A stretch of DNA of 64,000 nucleotides from Octopus sinensis. Taxonomy: Eukaryota. Position numbers and translations under genes: made by a program. Below the pieces are notes generated by a model. It saw only the letters and a program-made list of their open reading frames with translations. It did no database searches and had not been told where the DNA came from. Positions 38,985 through 50,924 of this stretch are shown piece after piece. The DNA lies in the NCBI RefSeq assembly GCF_006345805.1, contig NC_043026.1:13929579-13993578 (forward strand), in the 5' to 3' direction. Position 1 is the stretch's first letter. The number at the start of each line of letters is the position of its first letter.

Positions 38985-41900
38985 GCACAGGTGCCAGATG
39001 AGGCTGGCAACGGCCACGATCGGATGGTGCTTTTTAAGTGCCACTGGCATGGAGGCCAGATGAGGCTGGCAAACGGCCACGATCGGATGGTGCTTTTTAA
39101 GTGCCACTGGCATGGAGGCCAGATGAGGCTGGCAAACGGCCACGGTCGGATGGTGCTTTTTAAGTGCCACTGGCATGGAGGCCAGATGAGGGTGGCAAAC
39201 GGCCACGGTCGGATGGTGCTTTTTAAGTGCCACTGGCATGGAGGCCAGGCGAGGCTGGCAAACGGCCACGATCGGATGGTGCTTTTTACGTGCCACTGGC
39301 ATGGAGGCCAGATGAGGCTGGCAAACGGCCACGATCGGATGGTGCTTTTTACGTGCCACTGGCATGGAGGCCAGATGAGGCTGGCAAACGGCCACGGTCG
39401 GATGGTGCTTTTTAAGTGCCACTGGCATGGAGGCCAGATGAGGCTGGCAAACGGCCACGGTCGGATGGTGCTTTTTAAGTGCCACTGGCATGGAGGCCAG
39501 ATGAGGCTGGCAAACGGCCACGGTCGGATGGTGCTTTTTAAGTGCCACTGGCATGGAGGCCAGATGAGGCTGGCAAACGGCTACGGTCGGATGGTGCTTT
39601 TTAAGTGCCACTGGCATGGAGGCCAGATGAGGCTGGCAAACGGCTACGGTCGGATGGTGCTTTTTAAGTGCCACTGGCATGGAGGCCAGATGAGGCTGGC
39701 AAACGGCACGGTCGGATGGTGCTTTTTAAGTGCCACTGGCATGGAGGCCAGATGAGGCTGGCAAACGGCACGGTTCGGATGTGTGCTTTTTAAGTGCCAC
39801 TGGCATGGAGGCCAGATGAGGCTGGCAAACGGCCACGATCGGATGGTGCTTTTTACGTGCCACTGGCATGGAGGCCAGATGAGGCTGGCAACGGCCACGG
39901 TCGGATGGTGCTTTTTAAGTGCCACTGGCATGGAGGCCAGATGAGGCTGGCAAACGGCCACGGTCGGATGGTGCTTTTTAAGTGCCACTGGCATGGAGCC
40001 AGATGAGGCTGGCAACGGCCACGATCGGATGGTGCTTTTTAAGTGCCACTGGCTGGAGGCCAGATGAGGCTGGCAACGGCCACGATCGGATGGTGCTTTT
40101 TACGTGCCACTGGCATGGAGGCCAGATGAGGCTGGCAACGGCCACGATCGGATGGTGCTTTTTACGTGCCACTGGCATGGAGGCCAGATGAGGCTGGCAA
40201 CGGCCACGATCGGATGGTGCTTTTTACGTGCCACTGGCATGGAGGCAGATGAGGCTGGCAAACGGCCACGGTCGGATGGTGCTTTTTACGTGCCACTGGC
40301 ATGGAGGCCAGATGAGGCTGGCAAACGGCCACGATCGGATGGTGCTTTTTACGTGCCACTGGCATGGAGGCCAGATGAGGCTGGCAAACGGCCACGGTCG
40401 GATGGTGCTTTTTAAGTGCCACTGGCATGGAGGCCAGATGAGGCTGGCAAAAGCCACGGTCGGATGGTGCTTTTTACGTGCCACTGGCATGGAGGCCAGA
40501 TGAGGCTGGCAAACGGCCCGATCGGATGGTGCTTTTTACGTGCCACTGGCATGGAGGCCAGATGAGGCTGGCAAACGGCCACGGTCGGATGGTGCTTTTT
40601 AAGTGCCACTGGCATGAGGCCAGATGAGGCTGGCAAACGGCCACGATCGGATGGTGCTTTTTAAGTGCCACTGGCATGGAGGCCAGATGAGGCTGGCAAC
40701 GGCCACGATCGGATGGTGCTTTTTACGTGCCACTGGCATGGAGGCCAGATGAGGCTGGCAACGGCCACGATCGGATGGTGCTTTTTACGTGCCACTGGCA
40801 ATGGAGGCCAGATGAGGCTGGCAACGGCCACGATCGGATGGTGCTTTTTACGTGCCACTGGCATGGAGGCCAGATGAGGCTGGCAAACGGCCACGGTCGA
40901 TGGTGCTTTTTACGTGCCACTGGCATGGAGGCCAGATGAGGCTGGCAACGGCCACGATCGGATGGTGCTTTTTACGTGCCACTGGCATGAGGCCAGATGA
41001 GGCTGGCAACGGCCACGGTCGGATGGTGCTTTTTACGTGCCACTGGCATGGAGGCCAGATGAGGCTGGCAAACGGCCACGATCGGATGGTGCTTTTTACG
41101 TGCCACTGGCATGGAGGCCAGATGAGGCTGGCAAACGGCCACGATCGGATGGTGCTTTTTACGTGCCACTGGCATGGAGGCCAGATGAGGCTGGCAAACG
41201 GCCACGATCGGATGGTGCTTTTTAAGTGCCACTGGCATGGAGGCCAGATGAGGCTGGCAACGGCCACGATCGGATGGTGCTTTTTACGTGCCACCGGCAT
41301 GGAGGCCAGATGAGGCTGGCAAACGCCACGATCGGATGGTGCTTTTTACGTGCCACTGGCATGGAGGCCAGATGAGGCTGGCAAACGGCCACGGTCGGAT
41401 GGTGCTTTTTACGTGCCACTGGCATGGAGGCCAGATGAGGCTGGCAACGGCCACGATCGGATGGTGCTTTTTACGTGCCACCGGCATGGAGGCCAGATGA
41501 GGCTGGCAACGGCCACGATCGGATGGTGCTTTTTACGTGCCACCGGCATGGAGGCCAGATGAGGCTGGCAAACGCCACGATCGGATGGTGCTTTTTACGT
41601 GCCACTGGCATGGAGGCCAGATGAGGCTGGCAAACGGCCACGTCGGATGGTGCTTTTTACGTGCCACTGGCATGGAGGCCAGATGAGGCTGGCAAACGGC
41701 CACGATCGGATGGTGCTTTTTAAGTGCCACTGGCATGGAGGCCAGATGAGGCTGGCAACGGCCACGATCGGATGTGCTTTTTACGTGCCACTGGCATGGA
41801 GGCCAGATGAGGCTGGCAAACGGCCACGGTCGGATGGTGCTTTTTACGTGCCACTGGCATGGAGGCCAGATGAGGCTGGCAAACGGCCACGGTCGGATGG

Positions 41901-44900
41901 TGCTTTTTACGTGCCACTGGCATGGAGGCCAGATGAGGCTGGCAAACGGCCACGATCGGATGGTGCTTTTTACGTGCCACTGGCATGGAGGCCAGATGAG
42001 GCTGGCAACGGCCACGATCGGATGGTGCTTTTTACGTGCCACTGGCATGGAGGCCAGATGAGGCTGGCAAACGGCCACGATCGGATGGTGCTTTTTTACG
42101 TGCCACCGGCATGGAGGCCAGATGAGGCTGGCAAACGGCCACGATCGGATGGTGCTTTTTACGTGCCACTGGCATGGAGGCCAGATGAGGCTGGCAAACG
42201 GCCACGATCGGATGGTGCTTTTTACGTGCCACGGCATGGAGGCCAGATGAGGCTGGCAAACGGCCACGATCGGATGGTGCTTTTTACGTGCCACTGGCAT
42301 GGAGGCCAGATGAGGCTGGCAAACGGCCACGATCGGATGGTGCTTTTTACGTGCCACTGGCATGGAGGCCAGATGAGGCTGGCAAACGGCCACGATCGGA
42401 TGGTGCTTTTTAAGTGCCACTGGCATGGAGGCCAGATGAGGCTGGCAAACGGCCACGATCGGATGGTGCTTTTTACGTGCCACTGGCATGAGGCCAGATG
42501 AGGCTGGCAACGGCCACGATCGGATGGTGCTTTTTACGTGCCACTGGCATGGAGGCCAGATGAGGCTGGCAAACGGCCACGATCGATGGTGCTTTTTACG
42601 TGCCACTGGCATGGAGGCCAGATGAGGCTGGCAAACGGCCACGATCGGATGGTGCTTTTTACGTGCCACCGGCATGGAGGCCAGATGAGGCTGGCAAACG
42701 GCCACGATCGGATGGTGCTTTTTACGTGCCACTGGCATGGAGGCCAGATGAGGCTGGCAAACGGCCACGATCGGATGGTGCTTTTTACGTGCCACTGGCA
42801 TGAGGCCAGATGAGGCTGGCAAACGGCCACGATCGGATGGTGCTTTTTACGTGCCACTGGCATGGAGGCCAGATGAGGCTGGCAACGGCCACGATCGGAT
42901 GGTGCTTTTTACGTGCCACTGGCATGGAGGCCAGATGAGGCTGGCAACGGCCACGATCGGATGGTGCTTTTTACGTGCCACTGGCATGGAGGCCAGATGA
43001 GGCTGGCAAACGGCCACGATCGGATGGTGCTTTTTACGTGCCACTGGCATGGAGGCCAGATGAGGCTGGCAAACGGCCACGATCGGATGGTGCTTTTTAC
43101 GTGCCACCGGCATGGAGGCCAGATGAGGCTGGCAAACGGCCACGATCGGATGGTGCTTTTTACGTGCCACTGGCAGGAGGCCAGATGAGGCTGGCAAAAC
43201 CACGCCAGATCGGATGGTGCTTTTTACGTGCCACTGGCATGGGGCCAGATGAGGCTGGCAACGGCCACGATCGGATGGTGCTTTTTACGTGCCACCACCG
43301 CATGGAGGCCAGATGAGGCTGGCAAACGGCCACGATCGGATGGGCTTTTACGTGCCACTGGCATGAGGCCAGATGAGGCTGGCAAACGGCCACGATCGGA
43401 TGGTGCTTTTTACGTGCCACTGGCATGGAGGCCAGATGAGCTGGCAACGGCCACGGTCGGATGGTGCTTTTTACGTGCCACTGGCATGGAGCCAGATGAG
43501 GCTGGCAAACGGCCACGATCGGATGGTGCTTTTTACGTGCCACCGCATGGAGGCCAGATGAGGCTGGCAAACGGCCACGATCGGATGGTGCTTTTTACGT
43601 GCCACTGGCATGGAGGCCAGATGAGGCTGGCAAACGGCCACGATCGGATGTGCTTTTTACGTGCCACTGGCATGGAGGCCAGATGAGGCTGGCAAACGGC
43701 CACGATCGGATGTGCTTTTTAAGTGCCACTGGCATGGAGGCCAGATGAGGCTGGCAAACGGCCACGATCGGATGGTGCTTTTTACGTGCCACTGGCATGG
43801 AGGCCAGATGAGGCTGGCAACGGCCACGATCGGATGGTGCTTTTTACGTGCCACTGGCATGGAGGCCAGATGAGGCTGGCAAACGGCCACGATCGATGGT
43901 GCTTTTTACGTGCCACTGCCATGGGAGGCCAGATGAGGCTGGCAAACGGCCACGATCGGATGGTGCTTTTTACGTGCCACCGGCATGGAGGCCAGATGAG
44001 GCTGGCAAACGGCCACGATCGGATGGTGCTTTTTACGTGCCACTGGCATGGAGGCAGATGAGGCTGGCAAACGGCCACGATCGATGGTGCTTTTTACGTG
44101 CCACTGGCATGGAGGCCAGATGGGCTGGCAAACGGCCACGATCGGATGGTGCTTTTTACGTGCCACTGGCATGGAGGCCAGATGAGGCTGGCAACGGCCA
44201 CGATCGGATGGTGCTTTTTACGTGCCACTGGCATGGAGGCCAGATGAGGCTGGCAACGGCCACGATCGGATGGTGCTTTTTACGTGCCACTGGCATGGAG
44301 GCCAGATGAGGCTGGCAAACGGCCACGATCGGATGGTGCTTTTTACGTGCCACTGGCATGGAGGCCAGATGAGGCTGGCAAACGGCCACGATCGGATGGT
44401 GCTTTTTACGTGCCACGGCATGGAGGCCAGATGAGGCTGCAAACGGCCACGATCGGATGGTGCTTTTTACGTGCCACTGGCATGGAGGCCAGATGAGGCT
44501 GGCAAACGGCCACGATCGGATGGTGCTTTTTACGTGCCACTGGCATGGAGGCCAGATGAGGCTGGCAACGGCCACGATCGGATGGTGCTTTTTACGTGCC
44601 ACCGGCATGGAGGCCAGATGAGGCTGGCAAACGGCCACGATCGGATGGTGCTTTTTACGTGCCACTGGCATGGAGGCCAGATGAGGCTGGCAAACGGCCA
44701 CGATCGGATGGTGCTTTTTACGTGCCACTGGCATGGAGGCCAGATGAGGCTGGCAACGGCCACGATCGGATGGTGCTTTTTACGTGCCACCGGCATGGAG
44801 GCCAGATGAGGCTGGCAAACGGCCACGATCGGATGGTGCTTTTTACGTGCCACTGGCATGGAGGCCAGATGAGGCTGGCAAACGGCCACGATCGGATGGT

Positions 44901-46680
44901 GCTTTTTACGTGCCACTGGCATGGAGGCCAGATGAGGCTGGCAAACGGCCACGATCGGATGGTGCTTTTTACGTGCCACTGGCATGGAGGCCAGATGAGG
45001 CTGGCAAACGGCCACGATCGGATGGTGCTTTTTACGTGCCACTGGCATGGAGGCCAGATGAGGCTGGCAAACGGCCACGATCGGATGGTGCTTTGTACGT
45101 CCCACTGGCATGGAGGCCAGATGAGGCTGGCAAACGGCCACGATCGGATGGTGCTTTTTACGTGCCACCGGCATGGAGGCCAGATGAGGCTGGCAAACGG
45201 CCACGATCGGATGGTGCTTTTTACGTGCCACTGGCATGGAGGCCAGATGAGGCTGGCAAACGGCCACGGTCGGATGGTGCTTTTTACGTGCCACTGGCAT
45301 GGAGGCCAGATGAGGCTGGCAACGGCCACGATCGGATGGTGCTTTTTACGTGCCACTGGCATGGAGGCCAGATGAGGCTGGCAAACGGCCACGATCGGAT
45401 GGTGCTTTTTACGTGCCACTGGCATGGAGGCCAGATGAGGCTGGCAAACGGCCACGGTCGGATGGTGCTTTTTACGTGCCACTGGCATGGAGGCCAGATG
45501 AGGCTGGCAAACGGCCACGGTCGGATGTGCTTTTTAAGTGCCACTGGCATGGAGGCCAGATGAGGCTGGCAACGGCCACGATTGGATGGTGCTTTTTACG
45601 TGCCACTGGCATGGAGGCCAGATGAGGCTGGCAAACGGCCACGGTCGGATGGTGCTTTTTACGTGCCACTGGCATGGAGGCCAGATGAGGCTGGCAACGG
45701 CCACGATTGGATGGTGCTTTTTACGTGCCACTGGCATGGAGGCCAGATGAGGCTGGCAAACGGCCACGATCGGATGGTGCTTTTTACGTGCCACCAGCAT
45801 GGAGGCCAGATGAGGCTGGCAAACGGCCACGGTCGGATGGTGCTTTTTAAGTGCCACTGGCATGGAGGCCAGATGAGGCTGGCAACGGCCACGATCCGAT
45901 GGTGCTTTTTACGTGCCACTGGCATGGAGGCCAGATGAGGCTGGCAAACGGCCACGGTCGGATGGTGCTTTTTACGTGCCACTGGCATGGAGGCCAGATG
46001 AGGCTGTGCAAACGGCCACGGTCGGATGGTGCTTTTTACGTGCCACTGGCATGGAGGCCAGATGAGGCTGGCAAACGGCCACGGTCGGATGGTGCTTTTT
46101 ACGTGCCACTGGCATGGAGGCCAGATGAGGCTGGCAAACGGCCACGATCGGATGGTGCTTTTTATGTGCCACCGGCACGGAGGCCAGATGAGGCTGGCAA
46201 ACGGCCACGATCGGATGGTGCTTTTTACGTGCCACTGGCATGAAGGCCAGATGAGGCTGGCAAACGGCCACGATCGGATGGTGCTTTTTACGTGCCACCA
46301 GCATGGAGGCCAGATGAGGCTGGCAAACGGCCACGATCGGATGGTGCTTTTTAAGTGCCACTGGCATGGAGGCCAGATGAGGCTGGCAAACGGCCACGAT
46401 CGGATGGTGCTTTTTATGTGCCACCGGCACGGAGGCCAGATGAGGCTGGCAAACGGCCACGATCGGATGGTGCTTTTTACGTGCCACTGGCATGAAGGCC
46501 AGATGAGGCTGGCAAACGGCCACGATCGGATGGTGCTTTTTACGTGCCACCAGCATGGAGGCCAGATGAGGCTGGCAAACGGCCACGGTCGGATGGTGCT
46601 TTTTACGTGCCACTGGCATGGAGGCTAGATGAGGCTGGCAACGGCCACGATCGGATGGTGCTTTTTACATGGCACAAGCA
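38985..46680. repeat. 62/63-bp GC-rich satellite, about 120 copies, derived from an RTE 3' UTR subrepeat
   Basis: Unit gccagatgaggctggca(a)acggccacgatcggatggtgctttttacgtgccactggcatggag. It is flanked by the RTE 3' end (38805-38985) and the upstream UTR part (46680-46760). The same unit occurs 2-3 times in dispersed copies (2400-2590, 58270-58490). Confidence 0.97.
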
Positions 46681-46961
46681 TCGAGGCCAGTCGGGGCGGC
46701 GCTGGCAACGGCCACGTTCAGATGGTTCTCTTACGTGCCACCGGCACCGGTATCACAGCTCAGGTCCAACATCTTACACTTACCCTACAATGTCAGTCTA
46801 AAACTAAACAAGCATATAATTGAAATCTTGAAGCCATAACATAATACAGGATTAATTCAAAACAATAGGAATGAATAAAGCATTACATTTGGCAAAATAA
46901 TCTGAATACAAACAGTTAAAGGATAGGAGGAAGTTATCCTCAAACCAGAGACGTAATACCA

Positions 46962-47270
46962 GTGATTCCAGTGCCGGTGGCACGTAAGAGAACCATCACG
47001 TGGCCGTTGCCAGCGCCGCCCCGATTGGTCTCCATGCTGGTGGCACGTAAAAAGCATCATCCGATCATGGCCGTTGCCAGCCTCGTCTGGTCTCTGTGCC
47101 GGTGGCACGTAAAAAGCACCCACTACACTCATGGAGTGGTTGGCGTTAGGAAGGGCATCCAGCTATAGAAACACTGCCAGATCAGACTGGAGCCTGGTGC
47201 AGCCTTCAGGCTTCCCAGACCCCAGTTGAACCGTCCAACCCTTGCTAGCATGGAAAGCGGACGTTAAACA
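46962..47270 (+). mobile_element. RTE 3' UTR copy, head-to-head with the satellite-bearing copy
   Basis: Homology to 2440-2720. Ends at ggacgttaaac without the GAT tail. Confidence 0.85.
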
Positions 47271-47537
47271 GGCCCTATCAGGTCAAAATATTTTACTTCA
47301 TCATCATCATCAGAGAGATTGTCAAGTCCTCAGCAAAACTAAAAGAACATTCTCTATCATATGTGGTTTCCATTAATCTAAACCAACTGTCCAGAATGAA
47401 CTTGGTATATTTTCTTGTGGCAGGCAACAGTAGTGTACCTTTCAGAAATGGAATGGAGAAATGGGATGTCAAAAGACACTCCAAAATTAGGGGAGAGCCT
47501 CTGAATAAGATCATATACAGGACAAAAACATCTTTAA

Positions 47538-48594
47538 CCCTTTTGATACCAACCTGCCTGAAACCGCCTCTGGCTCTGTAATACAAATGTCTTGTTTTCA
47601 TAAGTTTTGAATTAAAATCTTCCATCAAACCTTAGTCACAATTTATGTTCCTGACACTAGCTTAATAATAACTAAGTTATTTTACTAAATTCTTTGTTAT
47701 ATTTAAAATTAACTGAAAGAAACACAGAGCATCTCAAAATAAATATGGTAACAAAAGGTTTAAGAAGAGAAATAATCAGCAGAAAACATGAGAGAAGGAG
47801 ACCTCAATGTGGTCGCTCTATATGCTAGAAATAATAGCCTTAATTTTCTTCAATCCACACCCTTTCAACTGCTTCTAATGTCCGTCTACCCAAATGTAGA
47901 GGTGTTTTTAACCCTTTCGATACCAACTTGCCTGAAACCACCTCTGGCTCTGTAATACAAATGTCTTGTTTTCAAAAGATCTGAATTAAAATCTTCTACT
48001 AAATCTTAGTCACAATTTCTTCTTAACACTAGCTTAATGATGACTACATTATTTTAATAATTCTTTGTTATATTTATAATATAATATAATAATAATAATT
48101 GTGTACAGTGCTCAGGTGCACTACAACTCATCTAAAGTGTATATATAATCAGGTGTAGTTTCGGCGGATTTCGGAAAGCATGAGGGCCTTAAAGGATGCA
48201 GTGTCATGGCAGTCAACAACTGACGCAGGCAGTTTATTCCATGCTTCAGCAACTCTGAGCGTGAAAAAATGTTTCCGAAAGTCATGGGAGCTGTGCTGTT
48301 TTCTGACTTTGTAGGCATGTCCACGTGTGTTAGACACATGGAGATCAAAAAGGTGTTCAGTGTTGTTGTTGGTGAGGTGGTTAATAACTTTGTGGGTGTT
48401 TACCAAGTCCATCGCCAGACGCCGGAGCTTCAGTGAATCCATGCCCAGGGAAACAAGGCGCTCAGTGTATGGTAGGTGTCTGATGGAGGGTATGCGTTTG
48501 GTTGCACGTCTCTGGACAGATTCCAGGAGGTCAATGTTTAAAATTAATTGAAAGAAACACAAAACATCTCAACAGAAATATGGTAACGAAAGCG
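47538..48594 (-). mobile_element. Same MITE-spacer-MITE unit inverted; one MITE is split by a CR1 insertion
   Basis: TTAA ends, and the spacer is nearly identical to the reverse complement of 1034-1177. Confidence 0.8.
48095..48536 (-). mobile_element. CR1-like LINE 3' end nested in a TTAA MITE
   Basis: IDLLESVQRRATKRIP...YTERL...RRL...NTRGH...WNKLP. Confidence 0.88.
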
Positions 48595-48606
48595 TTAAGT
48601 ACTTAC

Positions 48607-48705
48607 ATTCTTAATGATCTTCAGGGTTACTGCTAAAGTTATCCATTCTCTTGCATGAATTCCAGCTTCGACAAAGATTGTTGGATTACAGGAATTTCGG
48701 TAAAA
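48607..48705 (-). CDS. M14A carboxypeptidase exon (FYRNSCNPTIFVEAGIHAREWITLAVTLKIIKN; Zn ligands H69/E72)
   Basis: 99 nt, ttcttcAG acceptor and GTAAGT donor, GIHAREW zinc-binding motif. Confidence 0.96.
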
Positions 48706-48856
48706 CTGAAGAAAGGAAAAATTTTCAGTTTGTTACATTTTATTTTTAAGTTGAAGAATACTTTTTTAATGTATATTCAGGAGAAGAACTGTAATACTTG
48801 TAACAATTTTGGTATGACGGTCACACTCATGATTTGCAGACATTTACATATGTAAA

Positions 48857-49255
48857 CTAGCAGTATCGCCCAGCGTTGCTCGGGTTTGTAAGGGAAATAA
48901 CTATATAAGCATTTTTAGAGAGTTATAGCAAAAAAATAGCAAAAAATGCATTAAAAATGAAAAAAAAATTATGGTAAATTTTTTTTTAAATCGTTGACTC
49001 ATCGTAGACATTTTTAGAGAGTTACTTCCCTTATATAATAGCGAAATAATGCATTAAAATTTAAAAAATGATGGTAAATTTTTTTTTAAATCTTAGACTC
49101 ATCGTAGACGCGTGCTAATACCCAGAAGGGCTCGATATGAATCACGACTATAAGATACCCAGTTTTGGTTAAACTGCACCGCAAAATGTGGGAGTAGTTA
49201 GGAATCTAAATCATAGGAGACAGACAGCACACAACCTCACTTTTATATATAAAGA
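48857..49255 (-). mobile_element. Non-autonomous Helitron
   Basis: Near copy of 13796-14185. Confidence 0.8.
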
Positions 49256-49347
49256 TTATATTCACACATCCACACCTGCTGTGCTTTCTATGAAATAACT
49301 AAAATAATTTAAATAGTTAATTAAATGAATAAATGATTAGACAATAC

Positions 49348-49446
49348 CTTGACAGCCATGAGGTCCCTGCCTTCATAAGATTTACCATAAATCACCACTT
49401 CTGCATTAGGGTAGCTGCTATTGATTTCCTTCATGAACTCTGAATA
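49348..49446 (-). CDS. M14A carboxypeptidase exon (YSEFMKEINSSYPNAEVVIYGKSYEGRDLMAVK)
   Basis: 99 nt, AG/GT boundaries, GKSYEGR motif of M14A peptidases. Confidence 0.93.
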
Positions 49447-49553
49447 CTGTTAAAGAAGGGTAAACATTACATAATGAAACATAAATAACTCGTGGGTAAA
49501 ATTTTGAGCATAAATTCTGTTGAGTTTGCCTTTTCACTTGATTTAGACTAAAA

Positions 49554-49927
49554 TGTGAAGACGCAGGGTGGAAAGCAGAACATTTTCCAATCGAAGCCGG
49601 ATGTAGAGGGTTCGTTGGACACAGTGCGAGACGGCTGTTGTTATCGCTGTGGGGCGACGTCAGCAGCTGGGTGCGTTGACCGGAAGTTGGGGCAACCGGA
49701 AGGGGCAGCCGTGAGGCGTACGCAGGGAGCGGGGATTTCGGCCTTTCAAACGAGGGTCGTCGAGGTGTTTAGACGTGTGAAGACGTTGCTAAGGTTGGGT
49801 GAAGCAGCTGCTATCTTTAGCATTCAGGTCGGGGCTGTGACGAAGGATCCGTTACCACTGAAGGGTCCCTATCAGAGCGAAGAGAAGGTAGGTGCTTTTA
49901 TATATCAACTATCTCGCACACACCACA
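49554..49927 (-). mobile_element. LTR-like dispersed repeat (second partial copy at 17678-17936)
   Basis: Minus strand begins TGTGG, contains TATATAAAA and ends in CA. No TSD was found. Confidence 0.4.
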
Positions 49928-50084
49928 ATCGCTAGGCCTAACTCATCGTAAAGTCAATACCACCATGACCGATATCCAATCTACAGTGGAGAAGGCTAGC
50001 CACTGGATTTGGTTAAAAAGAGACGATGAGCGATGGCTAGAAGAATATTGAGCTTTATTTGATAACCAGCTGATCTAGCAATCA

Positions 50085-50700
50085 CCATCATCATCATTGT
50101 TTGACCGTGGTCGAGACAATGGAATTTACCATGCTACGCCAGACTTCACGGTCCATCATGGCATTATGGAGGTCCTGTTGCTGGATGCCTGTATCCAGGG
50201 TAGGAAAATGTGCGCCCCCTGGTATCACGAGCAGATGGCTTCCAGAAGAGAGGAGTAGAAATTGCCTTGTTTTCAGCTCTACAACAATGTCCAGCAAACT
50301 GGACTCTCTTACCTTTCACAAGAGATGACACAGGTGGTAGTTTCCCATATATTTGCATTTTGGTTGGATGATGCTTCCACGAGAGATTTTGTGCTCTCAT
50401 AAGGAGGCGAGTGTAGGTTCCATCCAACTGCCTCTCAAGCTTCTTTGATAACGTCCAGGTTTCTGAGCCATAGAGTAGAATTGGTTCGACTGTGGCTTTG
50501 AAGATTTTTTTTTTTGATCTAGCAAGTGGGGCCTCATATCAGTGAGGGGGGGCCGGTGAGTATTGATGCCGTCGAGAGGTAGGTCCCGAAACGGCGCGCA
50601 TTCTCTCCTGATGACCCCATACACTTGCTGGCTTCCGGTATGCGGAGTTTTTGACTGGTAGCACTTGCAAGTGCAAGTTGCTTGCAAGACATCCATCACG
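50085..50700 (-). mobile_element. RTE-type LINE 3' fragment
   Basis: Same RT C-terminal motifs (QFAGHC) and a (GAT)n tail. Confidence 0.8.
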
Positions 50701-50744
50701 TCAAAGTAGTCTGCAATATTTGCCATGGATAAGGACAAAGAGCC

Positions 50745-50905
50745 AACTAGAAATTTTGCATTAAACTTGAGAAGTCTGCTCTAGGAGACATTGAGCATGC
50801 TTTGGCAAGCTTACAGTGACGAGGCATTGGGTCGTACGTATGGTTTGAAGTGGCAGAAGAACGTCCCTGGAAAACGATGAGATGTCTGGACAACCTGCCA
50901 TGAAT
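50745..50905 (+). mobile_element. Mariner transposase N-terminal relic
   Basis: KFCIKLEKSA..TLSMLWQAYSDEALGR...SLENDEMSGQP, a mariner HTH pattern. Confidence 0.65.
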
Positions 50906-50924
50906 GTCATCCTGGACATACTCT

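Noticed and set aside
38990-39060. CAGATGAG...CAAAC in the satellite unit resembling a hammerhead core
   Set aside because: U4 and G12 are substituted and no stem II or stem III can form.
38985-46680. CRISPR-like array
   Set aside because: There are no unique spacers and no cas genes; this is a eukaryotic satellite.
38835-46801. Long repetitive ORFs (up to 429 aa; PVARKKHHPIVAVCQPHLASM and others) in the satellite
   Set aside because: These arise because the 63-bp unit is stop-free in several frames. Mixed 62/63-bp units shift frames constantly, both strands are open, and there is no splice or start context.
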